DNA of 64,000 bases from Phaeosaccion multiseriatum (taxonomy: Eukaryota; Protista; Ochrophyta, other classes), in the NCBI GenBank assembly GCA_965112735.1, contig OZ218961.1:1860001-1924000 (forward strand), in the 5' to 3' direction. The notes under the pieces are model-generated. The model worked only from the letters and a program-made list of their open reading frames with translations. It did no database searches and was not told where the DNA came from. Below, in pieces: positions 38,228 through 57,100 of this stretch. Position numbers and translations under genes: made by a program. Within the stretch, counting starts at the first letter, position 1; every line of letters starts with the position of its first letter.

Positions 38228-41200
38228 CACTTCTACTACTGCTAGACTATGGCGACCCTGTATATATATGCCCGAAGTGTTTTGTATTTTCGGTGCGTGC
38301 GTCTGTGTCCATTTCCTTTTCGGAGCAGGACGGGAAGATGTTATTGATGTACAGGAATCAACCTAATTATTACTTATGTGTGTGTGTGCAGGAGGGGTGT
38401 CGAGGGCTGCCTCGGAAGCGCACACTGCGCTGCTGTGCTCGCACCCTCTGGCTGTGGAGTACGTGGCTCCTTCGCTACTACTGCTGTATGGAGGTGAGTG
38501 AGTGAGGGGGTGAGTGAGTGAGTGAGTGAGTGAGGATGCGAGAAAGTGAGTGACTGAGTGAGTGAGTGAGTGTGTAAGTGAGTGAGTGAGTGAGTGAGTG
38601 AGTGAGTGAGTGAGTGAGTAAGTGAGTGAGTGAGTGAGTGAGTGAGTAAGTGAGTGAGTGAGTAAGTGAGGGAGTGAGTGAGTGAGTGAGTGAGTGAGTG
38701 AGGATGCGAGAAAGTGAGTGACTGAGTGGCTTAGTGAGGGAATCCGTGAGTTGAGGTGGGTGAGGGAGTGGGTGGGTGGGTGAGTGGGCGAGTGAGGTTG
38801 GTGACGGAGTGAGTGGGATCCGTGAGGGAGTGGGTGAGTGAGTGAGTGAGGTGGTGAGGGAGTGAGTGAGTGAGTGAGTGAGTGAGTGACTGAGTGAAGT
38901 GAGTGAGTGAGTGAGTGAGTGAGTGAGCGAATGAGGTGGGTCCTCCCTCCTCCCCTCCCCTCCCCCTCTCCCGTTTCCTCCTCTCCCACCAACCCCCTCC
39001 TCTTCCCTCCTTCCCCCCCTCCCCCTTCCCCAGATGTGGAGAAGACCGGCTTCTACGCGATGGTGGGGCACCGCATCAACATTGCCCGTCTCCTCAAGTA
39101 CTTGTGGAAGAGTGACGCACACAGGTCTGTCTTTCCCACCCCCTCTCCCCATTCTCTCCCCTTTCCCCACCCCCTTCTCCTCTCCTCTCCCCTCTTCCTC
39201 CCTCGTGTCCTCTCTTCTCCTGTCCCCACCGCCGTCTCCCTCACCCCCCCACCCCCCCTCTCCCACCTCCCCCCTCCGCCCTCCTCCCCCCGCTCCATCC
39301 ACAGGAAGACCTTCCGCCGCATCAGCGGAGACACTCGCCAGTTCGTGAGGTTTGCTAATGGGCTCATGAATGAGACCAATTCCCTCGTCACGCAGACCAT
39401 GGAGAAGCTCTTGGCCATTAGGTGAGTCGAGAGGTGTCAGGACAGGGGATGGGTGGGCGGGTGTCAGGACAGTGGAGGTGGGTGGGTGGGTGGGTGGGTG
39501 GGTGGGTGGGCGGGTGTCAGGACAGTGGTTGGGTGGGTGTCAGGACATATTGTAGGCGCTGGTGACAAGAGACTCTTTGGCCATGAGGTAAATGCCTTTT
39601 CCCTGACACCCTGCACTGCTTTGTATCCTGAAACCCTGTACCATGTACTCTGCGCTCTCAGGACCACGCAACAGATGATGAAGAACACTCTGGAGTGGAT
39701 GGGCAAGCCCGAGGAGGAGCGCAATCAGGTACAACACTTATGAATAATAATAACATATTCGGGTGTGTTTGAGTTTGGACCCTAAGATATTTTACATAGG
39801 ACCCCCAGCAAAGCAATCAAGAGATTTCGATGTCGAATATCCCTCCGTGGCACATAACTAATTATATATATATATATATATTAATTATAACAATAATAAT
39901 GATAACGAATATCCCTCTGTGGCTACATACCTAACTCTAACGCATCAATGTCGACATCGATATCTGTCAGGTGACGGAGCGACTTGCGGAGGACGAGCGG
40001 GATATCACGAGCATCTTGGGGCTCTGCAACGAAACCGTCCACATGGTGCAGGTGCGTGTCATATATATATAGATATGTATATGTATGTGTGTGGGTGCGT
40101 GAGAAAGCAGTGTGGATACTTACTGCCTCTCGTTGCTGCTGCTGCTGTTGGTGGCAGTAGAGTAGTGATGATGATGATGGTGGTGGTGGTGGTGGTGGTG
40201 GTGGTGGTGGTGGTGGTAGCGTGCGACAAGAGTATCTCTCTCTAAATTGGGAAAGCAATTTGGAAATGCACACCCTCTGGTTCCTCCTCCTCCCCCTCCC
40301 CCCCCCCCCTACCCATCCACCCCACCCCCCCCCGCGCATACACCCTACTTCCCTCGGTCCCTTCTTGTGCAGTATCTGTCAAGTGACCCCCAGATCCAAC
40401 TGCCCTTCCTCCTTCCCGAGTTGGTGGAACGCCTTGCCAACATGCTTCTCTCCGTACTCACTCGCCTCGTGGGGGGCAGCGGCGTAGATATCAAGGTAGT
40501 GACCGTCCCGAGATCTGTCATTCTTCAAATCAACTCACTCTCACTCACTCATGCACCCACCCACCCAGTCATGAACAGAGGAAGGAAGGAAGGAAGGAAG
40601 GCTCTCTCACTCACTCAACTCAGTCTCACTCACCCATCCACCAAGTCACGAAGGAAGGAGGGGAGGAAGGAAGGAAGGAAGGCCTACTCGCTCTATCACT
40701 CACTCACCCACCACGCCCCCACCTCACTCACTCACTCTGTGTTACCCACCCCCTCCCTTACTCACTCACTCACTCACTCACTCACTTACTTACTCACTCA
40801 TTCCCTCCCTCACTCACTCACTCAAGGTGGACAATCCAGAGAGCTACAACTTCCGCCCTAAGGAGATGCTTCGCGAAATTTGCCTCACTGTGGGGCACTT
40901 CACAGGACAGCCCAAGTTCATCTCAGCAGTCGCCAGCAGCGGTTTCTACCAGGTCAAGGAGGGAGGGAGGGGGGGGGGAGGGGGGTGGAGTGGAATGGAG
41001 GGAAGGGGAGGGGAGAGTTGGGGGGGGGGGTTACACTCGGAACCTTCATTTATACGCTCACTCGGAATATTCACCCGTTTTAAATCACGCACCCACAGGC
41101 GGAGCTGCTTCAGAAGACGGCAAGCACCACTAAGAAGCTGGGCCTTCTCGACGCTGCCACCCAGGTGGGATGTGGACAGGGGGTGCGGGGGGGGGGGGGG

Positions 41201-41721
41201 AGAAGGAGAGAGTAGGCGAGGGAGGAAGAAACAGAGATAGGGAAAGAGGCAGAAGAGAGAGGAAGGGAGGGGGAGAGAAAGAGAGGAGGGAAAGAGATGT
41301 GTATGTATGAAAGAGTGGAAGAGAGAGGGAGAGAGAGGAGGGGGAAGAGGCCCCATCGCCCACCCATTGCCATCCACTCACCCCCTCTCACCCTTTGATC
41401 ACAACACAGACACGTATGGACGGTTTTGTGCAGAGCGTCGCCAATGCTTACGCGGAGCTCCAACAGGCAGAGGAAGACTTTGGAGAGGTGCCTGATGACT
41501 TACTCGACCCCATCACTGTGGAACTCATGAAGGACCCCGTGCTCTTGCCCTCCTCGGGTAATGTCATGGACCGTGCGACAATTACTCAGCACTTGCTCAA
41601 CAATGCGACGGATCCGTTCAACCGAACGCTGCTCACGGAGGACATGCTTCGTCCGGCCACGGAGGTGAAGGCCAAACTGGACGCGTTTTTGGCGGGGGTG
41701 CGGCGGAGTAAGGAGGGCTGA
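33114..41721 (+). CDS. UFD2: Ubiquitin conjugation factor E4 (Ufd2P core + U-box); ~15 exons
   Basis: AEQMREKRLAAM; LPEHLLDDILDF; VRSPHLRAKL; LYGDVEKTG; FVRFANGLMNET; LVERLANML; DIKVDNPESYNFRPKEML. The U-box reads DFGEVPDDLLDPITVELMKDPVLLPSSGNVMDRATITQHLLNNATDPFNR. Confidence 0.95.
37822..38245. repeat. (CTA)n microsatellite in a UFD2 intron
   Basis: About 420 bp of imperfect CTA repeat. Confidence 0.95.
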
Positions 41722-43296
41722 GGGAGGAGGTGGGGGTTTGGAAGAAGGTAGGAAGGAAGGGGAGAGGGGGGGGTATTCCTGATAAGGGGGTGGGGAAGGA
41801 AGGAAGGAAGGAAGGGGAGAGGGAAGTGTTCCTTTTTGGAGTAAGGAAGACTTAAGGGTGGAAGAGGGGAGAACGTTTAAGCCCGGGCGGGGCCAGTGCA
41901 GAGGGGTCGAGGAGGAGTGGCAGTGGCGCGGCCGCGCGGGTGGTCGGGAGGGAGAGGAATGACACTGACGCTGACGCTGACGAGGGGGAGCCAGTTGGGG
42001 CGGAGCAGGAGCAGGAGGAGAAGAGGATCGTGCGTGGCCAAAGGAGTCAAAGGAGAGGTTATTTTTGTGTGTGTGTGGGGTACTCGCGCGCTCTCTCTCT
42101 CGTGCGTCGCCAAGCTGCTCGGACTGACTACTTTGGATCTCGGATTGGAGCTCGGGCCGAGAGGAGGAGAAGGAGGAGGAGGAGAAAGCCGATTGGAGGA
42201 TTGGATGAGGAGAATTGCACATGACCAAAGGACTGAGCTCGGGCCGAGAGAGGAGGAGAAGTGCAAAGCTGAGCTGACATGGATTGGGCCGTTGCTGGGA
42301 AGGATTGGATGGAGCTTGATGCGGCGGCGGCGCCACTTTGGTGTACAGTAACAGTAAAAGTTGAGAGAGGGATAAATGGAATGTTTCCAGACTTTTTTTT
42401 TTTTTTTTTTTTTTTGGCTGATGAGCACCCACACACACAGTAGTCGCTGCTGTATACGAGCATACCACTCTGCCGCGCATACCTACCCTGCTGCTGGAAT
42501 TGTTGTGCAGTATTTTTATTATTTTATTATTTCGTTAAGGCGTGACACACTTGCCGGTGACGCGGGACGCGGGACGCGGGAGATTATTATTATCTCCCAA
42601 CCCTCCAACCTGAAGGGTTAATACTGTACGACACGTCCGTTCTGGTACAAACGTTTTTCGGGCACCGTGGGCCACCGTGGGCGGCGGCAAGGGCCAGTAG
42701 CAAAAGAGAAAGAGCGACCTTTGGTGAACGAAGCAGAAGAGGAAGCAAGCGCGTGTCTGGAAAAAAGCGACCTTTGAGATGAAGCAGTTTAAAGGCGGTT
42801 TGTTAGGCACGATGGACTTGAGGAGCCGGAGCAAGTCAAAAATTGCCCGGATAGTTTGCCCGGTTTTGGCCCGGGCCTCGGTATTTTGTGAATAAGGGTT
42901 ACGAAGTCGTGGTCCAGGGATTCCCCAAGCCCCCATTCAACCGTTACATTGGGACGGTTACTTTGGGGGACGCTTGCTTTCACCACTTCGCAAGAGGCCA
43001 CAAAGAGTGACACATGGTGATTGAGTCAAGGAGAGCTGCCTTTCCCCCCCCCTTTGTGCTTCGTAGTAGCGAGTGAGGGCCAAGGGCGGGAGGTAGCGAG
43101 TGAGGCCATGCGTACGGGAGGTGGAGCAGTAGTAGTAGGAGCAAGAAGAGAATGGCAACACGGAACATCTGACGGCCAGCGCGTCCCACCTCTTGTACAG
43201 TGGCAGAATAGCAGCATTTGGTTGTTGTTTTCGCAAATGACCGGAGTAAGGAGCATCGCAGCAGCCTTTTAAGGTTTTAAGGAGAACGTCCTCGCC

Positions 43297-49979
<6,683 letters not shown>

Positions 49980-50163
49980 CAGCAGGGGTGGCAGTGGATG
50001 GTAGCAGCAGCTGCAGCAGCAGGGGTGGCAGTGGATGGTAGCAGGGGGATCGCAGTGGATGGTAACAGCAGTAGCAGCAGCAGCGACAGGGGGATGGCAG
50101 TGGATGGTAGCAGCAGCAGTAGCAGCAGCAACGGTAGTAGCGCGTTGTCCGTTTTCCCAGCCT

Positions 50164-50208
<45 letters not shown>

Positions 50209-52027
50209 CGTCTTGCTCTTTCTACCCTACGGAGGAGGCGCCACCGGCCCCTTCACCTCTCGAGGCGATGTGGCTGGGCGTCTGACGGACCGGTCGGACG
50301 GTGGGGCGGCAGGGACAGGCACGTTTGCGACAGGCCTGTATCACCAACTGCTGAGGTTCTCGCTCTGCTCTGCCTCTGCTCTGCACTGCTCTGCCACCCA
50401 CTTTATACTTATGTGTTGCCCTGGACCTGGTGTCATCGTGTCAGTGTCACGGTGGTCACCTCATGTCTTACTTCATGTAACGTCTTGTTATACGTTTTGC
50501 GAGAAGGCAGTCATTGTGTATACTGTACTGAGTATTATTTTGCCATTCGCCTCCCTGGCAGGTCATATTTTTTTATATTTAGAGAAAGAAAGGGGAGAGA
50601 GGGGCGGGCAGAGCCGCCAGCACTGTCACGTCATCACACATGGTTATCGTTTTGTTTTGTTTGTTTCTGTGTGTATCGTACGACATCTCTAATTGTATGT
50701 GTCTGCACGTAAAGAAGCCTTCAAAAGCGTACTTTTCAACTAACTTAAATGCGAACTATTAATTGAACCTAATGAATAATGAGCAGAGGACGAAAAAAGT
50801 ACAGGTGATCTCATTGGGAAGTGTATTTATTACTTAAGCACAACGTAGGCCTCCCCCGCGGTGTCCCGAAGGCGAGGAGGCGTCCATGGGAGGCCGGAAC
50901 GCGTAAGATTGCAAAGCCCTGCTGCGCGTGGACAGGGAAGACAAGGGGAGGAGTGGCCCATGTGTCGACGTGTGAGATAGGGCCATCCAAAAACTTTAGA
51001 CGAAGCGACCCCCCCCCCCGTTGCGCGTGCGGGCGTGCCATTCTCCAAGGGGGTTTGGGGGTTACGGCGGCTCCGGCGGTTGAGCTTCTTTCCTCCCTTG
51101 ACGTCATGAGCTACCCGACCGGATCGCCTCCTTCCGTGGCGTGGCCCAGCTTCTCTGCTGCTGCTGCAGTTCCACATCGACAGTGATACGACACAGATAC
51201 AACAGCAGTGCAATCACATGTCGGAGATCGTCAACCACTACCCCCGCCCTAGGTCTGAATAAAGCTGAGCAGCGGCGCTGCGATGTGAAGCGTTTGGTAT
51301 CTCTCTCCTCCTCCTCCTCCTCCTCCTCCTCCTCCTCCTCCTGCTGCTGCTGCTCCTCCTTCCTCCTCCTCCTGCTCCTCCTCCTCCTTCTCCTCCTCCT
51401 CCTCCTCCTCCTCCTCCTCCTCCTCCTCCTCCTCCTGCTGCTGCTGCTGCTCCTCCTTCCTCCTCCTCCTGCTCCTCCTCCTTCTCCTCCTCCTCCTCCT
51501 CCTCCTCCTCCTCCTCCTCCTCCTCCTCCCCATCTGCCAGCACGCACCACAGGCACCCTATACACATATGTAACCGCCTTACAGACAGACGGATACGACG
51601 GTGGCTCTGGAGTGAGCTATCACCCACGTTACCCCCCCCCCCCCCCTCACGCCGCGAAACACACTAGGCTAGTGAATGAGCTCCCTTCGAATCCGCTTAG
51701 CAGGCTGATGTGCAGTCTCGGAGGAAAGACGGGCAGCAGCAATAGAGCCCTAGCTGGCCACTTTCCGGGAGTGCAGCAGCAGGCAGCCTGCTAAGAGCCG
51801 CTCCATCGGCCGCGGTCCTGTAAGCTATATACATGGTGTCAGGCCGCCTCATCCAATGCCCTCGTCCCAAACAGTCAGTCTTCCAGGGTCTCCGTCCCAG
51901 CACCGCCCTACGGGAGGGCGGCGCAAGTTGAGTTGGTTCGCAGTATGTACATGATTTGTGGGGGTGAGGGGTACACGTGCTGGCCTCTTTCCTTCCACGT
52001 CGTCTCGCCTCGCCTCGCCTCAAGTGT

Positions 52028-52392
52028 CTACAAAGGTTCCGCGGGCTTTTGGATGAGAAGGGTTCCAAACCTCTTCTTGTTCGCCACTCGCTGCTTGCTG
52101 AACTTGTCGTCTGGGGAAAAGCGCGCGGGGTGCGCAGATACAGTCATGGCTCCCTTCCCGTCCTCTTTCTGCGGTGAGGGGGAGGTCCATAAGAAAGGGG
52201 CGCGTCAGAGGAAGGAGGGTTTCGTGCGGTTGTAAACACACGCTCTTCCCTATCCTCTCTTCACTACTCTATCGGTCTCTAGCTCTCTCTCTCTCAATGA
52301 AGGCCTTCCTTCCTCTCTTCGCGACATCCCCCACTGACCTTGAGCGTGTAGATCCGCGTGCCCTCGGCGTCGAGGTAGTACATCAAATGCAT
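52028..52392 (-). CDS. NOP10: H/ACA snoRNP subunit Nop10; 2 exons, 64 aa
   Basis: Exons 52392-52339 ([18 protein letters not shown]) and 52168-52028 ([46 protein letters not shown]). [12 protein letters not shown] is the Nop10 signature. Confidence 0.97.
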
Positions 52393-52697
52393 GGCTGCTC
52401 CTTCTCTTTTTCCTGCTCTCTTGGTAGCTTCTTTTTTTTGGTTTGGGCTGTCTGGCGCAAAATGTGGGCGAGCCATCCAAATTTTCTGTGAGTCTGCGAC
52501 GACACGACCAACATGGATAGCTGGGGGGGGTCGATCGGATCATCGACCGATCGGATGGGATCGGGGATCAGAGCGTTGTGTGAGAGAGGGAGGAGAGAAA
52601 GGGAGAGAGGGGGCGAGAGAGATGAATAGTTTGAGAGGGAGGGAGGGAGAGACGGAGAGAGGGAGAGAGAGGGGCGGGAGAAATCTCGCTTTTCTCC

Positions 52698-54098
52698 ATG
52701 ACCTATTACAACTACGAGTTTCTTGCGTCTATGGTAGAGGGGAAGAGAGGCCAGGAAGAAGTGCCAGTTTTAGGCAAGCGAGTGCGCAACCCCACGCCCC
52801 AGCCGGAGAAGAAGAAGAACAAGGGGAACAACAAGGCGAAGAAGGCAAGAAAAGAGCCGGAGGCGTTTTCGTACTCAGCATATCGTCTCCAAGTGCACGG
52901 CAGCGGGGTGGCGAGTGCTGCCGCACCTGCTATTCCTCCAACAGTCCTCGGCACGGACTCTGGTAAACTCTTCACCTTCGATGGTTTGGCTGTGCTCTGT
53001 ACGCCTAACCTAAACCTCCCTCTCCGCCTCCCACCGCTCGTCCTGAGCGAGGAGGAGAAGAGAGGGGCACCAGGCGGGAATGGTGGGGGGGAAAGGGGCA
53101 TGGGAGGAGGTGATGTTCTTGAATGCTCGACCTGTGCCCCCAAGTCTGCCAAACTCCAGCTCGACTTCTGTAGTAAGGAAGAGAGAAGAAAAAGAATGGG
53201 ACAGCTTTGTACGGAGAAGATAATACATGCGCAAGATATTATGAATAGGGAGGAGCATGGTCCCCGGGGTCTCTATACCCCGCGCATATGCTGCAGCAGC
53301 AGGAAGAGCAGCAGGAGGAGGAAGAGGAGGAGCAGGAGCAGGACGAAAGGCGGGCAGCAGAGAGTGCTGGCGACCCCCACCTTCTCGCCATTGCGAATCT
53401 CCTTCGACGCTCTGAGAGTGGGAGGCACGCCCTGGAGTGGACTCAGCGTTTTCTCTTGACGGACATTGGAGCAGGCTGCGCGCTTCAGACAATTCGACCC
53501 CAGGTGAGCGACCGCAGCGCAGCGCCGGGGATGTGGGAGGGACAGGAAGCCAGGGGGGAGGGAGGGAGGGAGGGAGGGAGAACGGGTGAGGGGGCAGGCA
53601 TTCAGGCAGGAAGACAACCAACCAGAAAGCAGCAAGAGTCAAGAGGAAGAGATGAAGAGAGGAGTGCGGCCCCAATTTAGTGGTGAGAGGAGAGTGAGGC
53701 ACCCACTCACTCCTGCCCGATCCATCCGCATTCTCCTCACGACTGTATCTGTTGACTGTGCCATCCATCAGTTTCAGTTTCCAGTCATTGTGCCTTATTC
53801 TCGTGCTACTTACTTCTCAATGAAACAAACCGCACGTCGGTCACCTTCCCTCCCTACTTTCCAAGCCCAGTGCGAAAGTGCTTCCAGCGATCGGTCCACC
53901 TTTGTCTACTTGTTCCCTCTCTTCGTCCTCACGGATCAAGCATCTATTGAGCGGCTGGAGAGAGGCGAACCCCTGCCTCTGCAGCACGTGGAGGAGAGAG
54001 CCGAGGCGGTGGCGGTGGCGGCGGTGGCGGCGGTGGCGGCGGTGGTGGTGGTGGTGGTGCGGGTACGGCTGCTACTGCTGCTGTATCACCAAGTGCTG

Positions 54099-54134
<36 letters not shown>

Positions 54135-57100
54135 ATGGGGATGGGGATGGCAGCCAACACTGCCAAGGACTAGGCTCTTGGGATGGAGGCTAGGGAGGCT
54201 CCTCCTCCCCTCGGAGATCGTTCGCGGACCGCATCGAGTTTCGACAGAGGAACGTTCTCTCTCTACTCCCTGAGATGCCCGGGGGGGCTCTGTCCTCCCT
54301 TGGAAGGGAGCGACAGCAGCAGCAGTTAGTGATACCGCAGCAGGCGGAGATTCTCACATTCGCCTGAAAAGAGAAGATCTCTCGAGGTGTGCTGTGGTGC
54401 GGTGAGGTGAGGTGAGGTGTAGGTCTTGTGCGGTGAGGTGAGGTGAGGTGTAGGTCTTGTGCTGTGGTGAGGTGAGGTGAGGTGTAGGTCTTGTGCTGTG
54501 GTGAGGTGAGGTGAGGTGTAGGTCTTGTGCTGTGGTGAGGTGAGGTGAGGTGTAGGTCTTGTGCTGTGGTGAGGTGAGGTGAGGTGTAGGTCTTGTGCTG
54601 TGGTGAGGTGAGGTGAGGTGTAGGTCTTGTGCTGTGCTGTGGTGTGGTGAGGTGAGGTGTAGGTCTTGTGCTGTGGTGAGGTGAGGTGAGGTGAGGTGTA
54701 GGTCTTGTGCTGTGGTGAGGTGAGGTGAGGTGAGGTGTAGGTCTTGTGCTGTGGTGAGGTGAGGTGAGGTGTAGGTCTTGTGCTGTGGTGAGGTGAGGTG
54801 AGGTGTAGGTCTTGTGCTGTGGTGAGGTGAGGTGAGGTGTAGGTCTTGTGCTGTGGTGAGGTGAGGTGTAGGTCTTGTGCGGTGAGGTGAGGTGAGGTGT
54901 AGGTCTTGTGCTGTGGTGAGGTGAGGTGAGGTGTAGGTCTTGTGCTGTGGTGAGGTGAGGTGAGGTGTAGGTCTTGTGCTGTGGTGAGGTGAGGTGAGGT
55001 GTAGGTCTTGTGCTGTGGTGAGGTGAGGTGAGGTGTAGGTCTTGTGCTGTGGTGAGGTGAGGTGAGGTGTAGGTCTTGTGCTGTGGTGAGGTGAGGTGAG
55101 GTGAGGTGTAGGTCTTGTGGTGTGGTGTGGTGAGGTGAGGTGAGGTGTAGGTCTTGTGCTGTGCTGTGGTGAGGTGAGGTGTAGGTCTTGTGCTGTGGTG
55201 AGGTGAGGTGAGGTGTAGGTCTTGTGCTGTGGTGAGGTGAGGTGAGGTGTAGGTCTTGTGCTGTGCTGTGGTGTGGTGAGGTGAGGTGTAGGTCTTGTGC
55301 TGTGGTGTGGTGAGGTGAGGTGAGGTGTAGGTCTTGTGCTGTGGTGAGGTGAGGTGAGGTGTAGGTCTTGTGCTGTGGTGTGGTGAGGTGAGGTGAGGTG
55401 TAGGTCTTGTGCTGTGGTGAGGTGAGGTGAGGTGTAGGTCTTGTGCTGTGCTGTGGTGAGGTGAGGTGTAGGTCTTGTGCTGTGGTGAGGTGAGGTGAGG
55501 TGAGGTGTAGGTCTTGTGCTGTGGTGAGGTGAGGTGAGGTGTAGGTCTTGTGCTGTGGTGTGGTGAGGTGAGGTGTAGGTCTTGTGCTGTGGTGTGGTGA
55601 GGTGAGGTGAGGTGTAGGTCTTGTGCTGTGGTGAGGTGAGGTGTAGGTCTTGTGCTGTGGTGCGGTGAGCTGAGGTGAGGTGTAGGTCTTGTGCTGTGGT
55701 GAGGTGAGGTGAGGTGAGGTGTAGGTCTTGTGCTGTGGTGAGGTGAGGTGAGGTGAGGTGTAGGTCTTGTGCTGTGGTGAGGTGAGGTGAGGTGTAGGTC
55801 TTGTGCTGTGGTGTGGTGAGGTGAGGTGTAGGTCTTGTGCTGTGGTGCGGTGAGCTGAGGTGAGGTGTAGGTCTTGTGCTGTGGTGAGGTGAGGTGAGGT
55901 GAGGTGTAGGTCTTGTGCTGTGGTGAGGTGAGGTGAGGTGAGGTGTAGGTCTTGTGCTGTGGTGAGGTGAGGTGAGGTGTAGGTCTTGTGCTGTGGTGTG
56001 GTGAGGTGAGGTGTAGGTCTTGTGCTGTGGTGAGGTGAGGTGAGGTGTAGGTCTTGTGCTGTGGTGAGGTGAGATGAGGTGAGGTGTAGGTCTTGTGCTG
56101 TGGTGAGGTGAGGTGAGGTGTAGGTCTTGTGCTGTGGTGTGGTGAGGTGAGGTGTAGGTCTTGTGCTGTGGTGTGGTGAGGTGAGGTGTAGGTCTTGTGC
56201 TGTGGTGTGGTGAGGTGAGGTGTAGGTCTTGTGCTGTGGTGAGGTGAGGTGAGGTGAGGTGTAGGTCTTGTGCTGTGGTGAGGTGAGGTGAGGTGTAGGT
56301 CTTGTGCTGTGGTGTGGTGAAGTGAGGTGTAGGTCTTGTGCTGTGGTGTGGTGAGGTGAGGTGAGGTGTAGGTCTTGTGCTGTGGTGAGGTGAGGTGTAG
56401 GTCTTGTGCTGTGGTGCGGTGAGCTGAGGTGAGGTGTAGGTCTTGTGCTGTGGTGAGGTGAGGTGAGGTGAGGTGTAGGTCTTGTGCTGTGGTGAGGTGA
56501 GGTGAGGTGAGGTGTAGGTCTTGTGCTGTGGTGTGGTGAGGTGAGGTGTAGGTCTTGTGCTGTGGTGCGGTGAGCTGAGGTGAGGTGTAGGTCTTGTGCT
56601 GTGGTGAGGTGAGGTGAGGTGAGGTGTAGGTCTTGTGCTGTGGTGAGGTGAGGTGAGGTGAGGTGTAGGTCTTGTGCTGTGGTGAGGTGAGGTGAGGTGT
56701 AGGTCTTGTGCTGTGGTGTGGTGAGGTGAGGTGTAGGTCTTGTGCTGTGGTGAGGTGAGGTGAGGTGTAGGTCTTGTGCTGTGGTGAGGTGAGGTGAGGT
56801 GTAGGTCTTGTGCTGTGCTGTGGTGTGGTGAGGTGAGGTGTAGGTCTTGTGCTGTGGTGTGGTGAGGTGAGGTGAGGTGTAGGTCTTGTGCTGTGCTGTG
56901 GTGAGGTGAGGTGTAGGTCTTGTGGTGTGGTGAGGTGAGGTGAGGTGTAGGTCTTGTGCTGTGGTGAGGTGAGGTGAGGTGTAGGTCTTGTGCTGTGGTG
57001 TGGTGAGGTGAGGTGTAGGTCTTGTGCTGTGGTGAGGTGAGGTGAGGTGTAGGTCTTGTGCTGTGGTGAGGTGAGGTGAGGTGTAGGTCTTGTGCTGTGC

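Noticed and set aside
41880-43200. Short ORFs between UFD2 and the kinase
   Set aside because: No homology motifs or convincing exon structure.
50800-51950. Short ORFs between the kinase and NOP10
   Set aside because: Dominated by (CCT)n with no recognisable product.
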